A stretch of DNA of 64,000 bases. It comes from Octopus sinensis (lineage: Eukaryota). Below the pieces are notes generated by a model. It was not told where the DNA came from, did not search any database, and was given only the letters and a program-made list of their open reading frames with translations. This document shows positions 59,964-64,000 of this stretch, piece after piece. The position numbers and the translations under genes were made by a program. How positions within the stretch are numbered: position 1 is the first letter of the stretch; every line of letters begins with the position of its first letter. The stretch spans positions 29,450,001 through 29,514,000 of the forward strand of contig NC_043006.1 of the NCBI RefSeq assembly GCF_006345805.1, written 5' to 3'.

Positions 59964-62900
59964 ACATACATGCACATATTGCAGTTACAGATACAAATAT
60001 TTATAATACAAATATTTATTATAAATATTTGTGCATAAATACATAAGTGCATGTGTCTGTCAGTGCCTGCATGCAAACACAAACTCACACATATATACAC
60101 ACAGGTCCAGCAGCACTTACACTCCACTTCACTCACAAACATACACACACATATTGCCAATGCAGAACTTGATGTGCAGGTCTTTCCTGTTTCTGAATTT
60201 AAGCAGACATTTAAACTGGTTTACATAATGAGATTAAAGTAAGTGTTAGTAAAATATCCTGTAATTTATAAGGATCAGTTCAGTCACTATAATTATTGAT
60301 ATTGTGCCTACCACGAGGCCTCTTTTGTAAGAAAGGGTTATAATTTAGATGGTTGATGAAAGGTTTGTTTCACATAGTAACACCTAATCTCCATTGGTAG
60401 AGTCTCTTAGGTATTCCTAAAAGATTAGCCATCTGTGAATGGGAGCAGTTATCTGTGGTCTTAAGTGAGTTGTCAAGCAAATTATGTGATGTTCTGTAAC
60501 AATTCCATTTCAGACACTGATATACTGATAGCCATAATAGTTAGCCTAATTAGATATGCAAGCACGTGCACATACACACACACACACACGCACACTAATG
60601 TTTTGTTAAAATGTGAATATTATACACGCGCACACACACACACACATTTAACTCGTACTTGGACAACATTCTTTGACCTATATACTTTTGTCCATCTGGA
60701 TTTTCCCTAAGGAATTATTCTGATATAGATAAAAACAAAACATGAACAACAAAATAGCAACAGTATCAATAATTTTTTGATCCTAAAATGAATTCCATTC
60801 ACTGGCACCAAATAGCTTTCCTTTAGGTTTGTTCAGAACCAAAAGTTTGGGGTAGAATATCAAGAAGAGGAAAGTAAATAAAAAAAGGAGAAAAAAGTCA
60901 ATTAATGAGCCCTGACTTATAAATTGTCACCCGAGGTAATCAAAGTAAAATGTATTAGCAATTGTCTCTAAAACCAAAGAATGTATGTGTAGAGGTCTGT
61001 AGAGCTCTGCCTCAGCTACTGAACGAAATCATGTAACACCAAATAGGATTGGTCCCATATCATTGAAACAATTCAAAGAGTAATATTAAAATTTGAACTA
61101 AGTTGTGACCTTGAAGCAGAAGTGAAGTCATTTGGGGCATGGCAGTATTGGAAGCACTCAAAACACTTTGTTACACTAACTATAAAAATCCAGACAATAT
61201 CTAAAGAAAAAAAAAAGGGAGAAAAATAAACATAAATGCCATACGTCTTCACTATTTAATACAGCTTTAATTGCAAAAGGTGCTTGCTACCATAGCAACA
61301 GCACCAACAATAACAGGAGTATTGTTACTGTAATCATCATCATCATCCTCATCCTCATCATCATCATCATCAAATGAAGGTTAATGTTTTAACCATTTAA
61401 TGGTGAAGGAAATTAAAAGTACAATCTGTGGAGCCAGTAGATGTTCTAAAAATATCTAATGCTCTAAAACTGACTAATGAAAAAATATATTATTTATGGT
61501 CTAAGTATCCGAGGGACAAACAAAAATCAAAGAAAACTTAAGCATGTTACTCAAATCCTTTTCAAGATGACAGGTTAAGGCACAACAAACTGTAGGATTA
61601 GGGTTTTAACGAGAAAAACCAGAATAAACAACATTTTGAGTTCATGGATACAAAAAACATGTTAGCATTTCTTCCCTTTTAACTAAAAGCAGTTCTATCA
61701 GTTTTGTTTGTTTAAAATCTAGAACAGCTACATCATCATCATCATCATCATTGTTTACATTGGATATAAATAGAATTACAATGAGCACTTGGTAATGGCT
61801 GTTATCCTCCTGAACTTGTAAACCAGAGATTTCATTGAATTTACATCACTTTCTTAGATTGGCTTTATGCCCAAATTCCAGGTGCTTGGCAATGGTTGAT
61901 ATGACAGGGAGCAGTTAGTTTCTATTTGCTTTCAGATTGCCAATAATACTGATCGGTTTTGAATTGGAGCCAAATTTTGTATCAAGATGTTTTGCATCAG
62001 AAGTCTAAATTTAGTGACAGTTTTCATCTAATACTATCCAATACTGAAGAGGAGAAAAATCAAATCAGGTTACTTTTCTTTCTCGTCTTGGTTAGTTACA
62101 TTTCGAATCATTTGTTATTATATTGTAAAAATAACTTTGAAAACATATCAAAATGATATGCAACAAAGTTACACTTTCTTATTCATGCATGACTCAGATT
62201 GAAATGACACCAAAATGAAGAAAACAAACTTGCTTTACTATTATTAATGATTTCATATAATGATATCATTTAACGATCGTTAATATTATGAAAATAACAG
62301 GGAGCAGAATAGCCTGCAAGGTTAAAAGTGTTGTTTAAGCCAAACCAGAAACTTCGAATGGAGGAAGAGGTATATTAGACAAGCTACCATTGGTTTCAAT
62401 TTGGCTGAATAAAATTTCTAATTTTAATTCATCTTTAAGTAGGACATAAGCACAATCATGAAAATAACTGTTCCAACAATAAGCAAATGCTTTAATTTAT
62501 GAAAAAAAAAAAAAAAAAATTGCAATCTTTCAATGAATAATTAAAACTAAAAAAAATTAAATAAATAAACTTGGTCTACAATATTTTGTTGACTTTTATT
62601 TTTCTATTTTGTTTACATAGGAAAAGGGATGAGTCTGTGGCAAAAAACCCCCACTGTGTGCTAACTTAAATAATCTTTCTTGCAAACAATATTTGCACAT
62701 TTTATTCCTAAATATCTTTCAAGTTTATTCACACCTACTCAACCAGATATAATTCATATCAAATGTACAGTTTTTTTCCTGCAAAAACTCCATAACCTTA
62801 CAATAGATTAAATATGCATCACACAGTCTGACGTTTGAATGAATAAAAAAAAAAAAAGAATCAATCCTTCCATTGCTAGTGTAAAAATAAATGCTTGGAA

Positions 62901-63049
62901 CAACTTGAGAGACAAAGCAAATTCAAATTAGAATATTACTCACCTAGTATTTTATTTACATAAATCACCTAGGTAACAGAATTATTGGCAAGCAATGTTG
63001 TTGTCATTAATATTATTAAAACTATCAGTGCTATAGCTGTTGTTGTTCT

Positions 63050-63850
63050 TGTTATATTATCAGATTGAGGAATACCATGGCTAATCCTTGACCTGGTAGT
63101 GCTACTAATGAAGGGTGTTACCAGTCGGCCATCAGACAGACTTGATCAAGATGCATGCAAAGTGAGAAAATTATTCTTCAGTGTCTTGGCATTGCTAACT
63201 TGTGCAGTTTATGTCAAGTGACTGCTGCCACATGTGAAATGAATCCATCTATAAACAGACAGAATCCCTTGTGATGATTTACCCCACTCTGCCCTCCTTT
63301 AATCAGGCAGGTAAGTCAGTTTTCTGTTGTCAAGTGGCTATGATAAGAAAAGGTTTTGGAATAATTGAGGCTGAAAGATATGAGGAGAGAGACATTCCCC
63401 TTTGGTATAGTCCTCATCAACTTTTTCAAGTTTCAAATGGAGAAGAAGATGCTGTCCTCAAGTGAATTTATTGAAAGGTGGAAGAAAAAGGCAAAAATGG
63501 CAAAAGTGGATGGTACCAATCTAAGTATTGAGTTGACAAGCAAGAACTGGAGAGGATAGTTGCCCTCGTTGTTCAGGGACATCTGGGATGATTGGGATCC
63601 TTGATTGACCCTAGAGATTATCTTATATCAAGAATATTCCATCACTATCACCTTTTTTTATTTATTTATTTCTGATATATACATTTTTTCTTTTGTTGAT
63701 ATATTTTGCTTTTTTAATCATTCACTATATGTAAATTTCTATGCAAATCCTCACACATTATGTCCATCTTTGTACTCCCCCTCACCTCGTCTGTCACTGG
63801 TGTGAAAATATCTGCTTGAATAAGTCGTGTAACTGTACAAATCTGGAGAA
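63050..63850 (+). mobile_element. L1/Tx1-like LINE 3' remnant
   Basis: LINFFKFQ..LSSSEFIERW resembles an L1/Tx1 ORF2 end, followed by a T-rich UTR; family call from memory. Confidence 0.45.
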
Positions 63851-64000
63851 GCAACAAGTTCAACTAGTTGTTGTTTAACACCAGATCTACTAAGCAGTTT
63901 CTGATCAAGGGTATTTTAGCCATGATTGTTTCTTCTCTTAACAGATATGGCATACATGAAGTATGTTATTCATCAGCTATTTCTTGCAGATCAAGCAGCC

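Noticed and set aside
61110-61200. Candidate upstream exon (strong poly-T acceptor, phase-2 end compatible with exon 1)
   Set aside because: The donor GTCACA is weak and the peptide (IVWIFIVSVTKCFECFQYC..) has no recognisable motif; unresolved without RNA data.

Overview
This is AT-rich eukaryotic (animal) genomic DNA. The repeat landscape (RTE LINE tails ending in (GAT)n, tRNA-derived SINEs, mariner/maT, R4/Dong, Penelope, Helitron, dense microsatellites) resembles a coleoid cephalopod such as Octopus; that assignment is an inference from memory, not a search result. One gene dominates the window: an internal part of a minus-strand polycystin-1 family gene (PKD1L1-like REJ region). I reconstructed 24 GT-AG exons from 52575 down to 2382 (4144 nt, about 1381 codons). 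Splice phases are consistent and the frame is open. It encodes about 7 PKD/Ig-like repeats, a REJ module and the start of the downstream helical region; the start and stop codons were not found. The REJ module carries a low-complexity insert: a Thr-rich tract plus four frame-symmetric microexons (51/45/45/33 nt), two of which are a tandem duplicate. Introns are packed with decayed mobile elements. The most notable are RTE LINEs with a PHD finger inside the reverse transcriptase, a (TAA)n-associated cluster (R4/Dong remnant plus an apparently identical tandem pair of a 554-bp non-coding element), CRE-like fragments, and a Penelope remnant with an adjacent degenerate hammerhead motif. No prokaryotic genes, CRISPR arrays, rRNA or intact tRNA genes were seen. 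Repeat boundaries are approximate unless termini are quoted.
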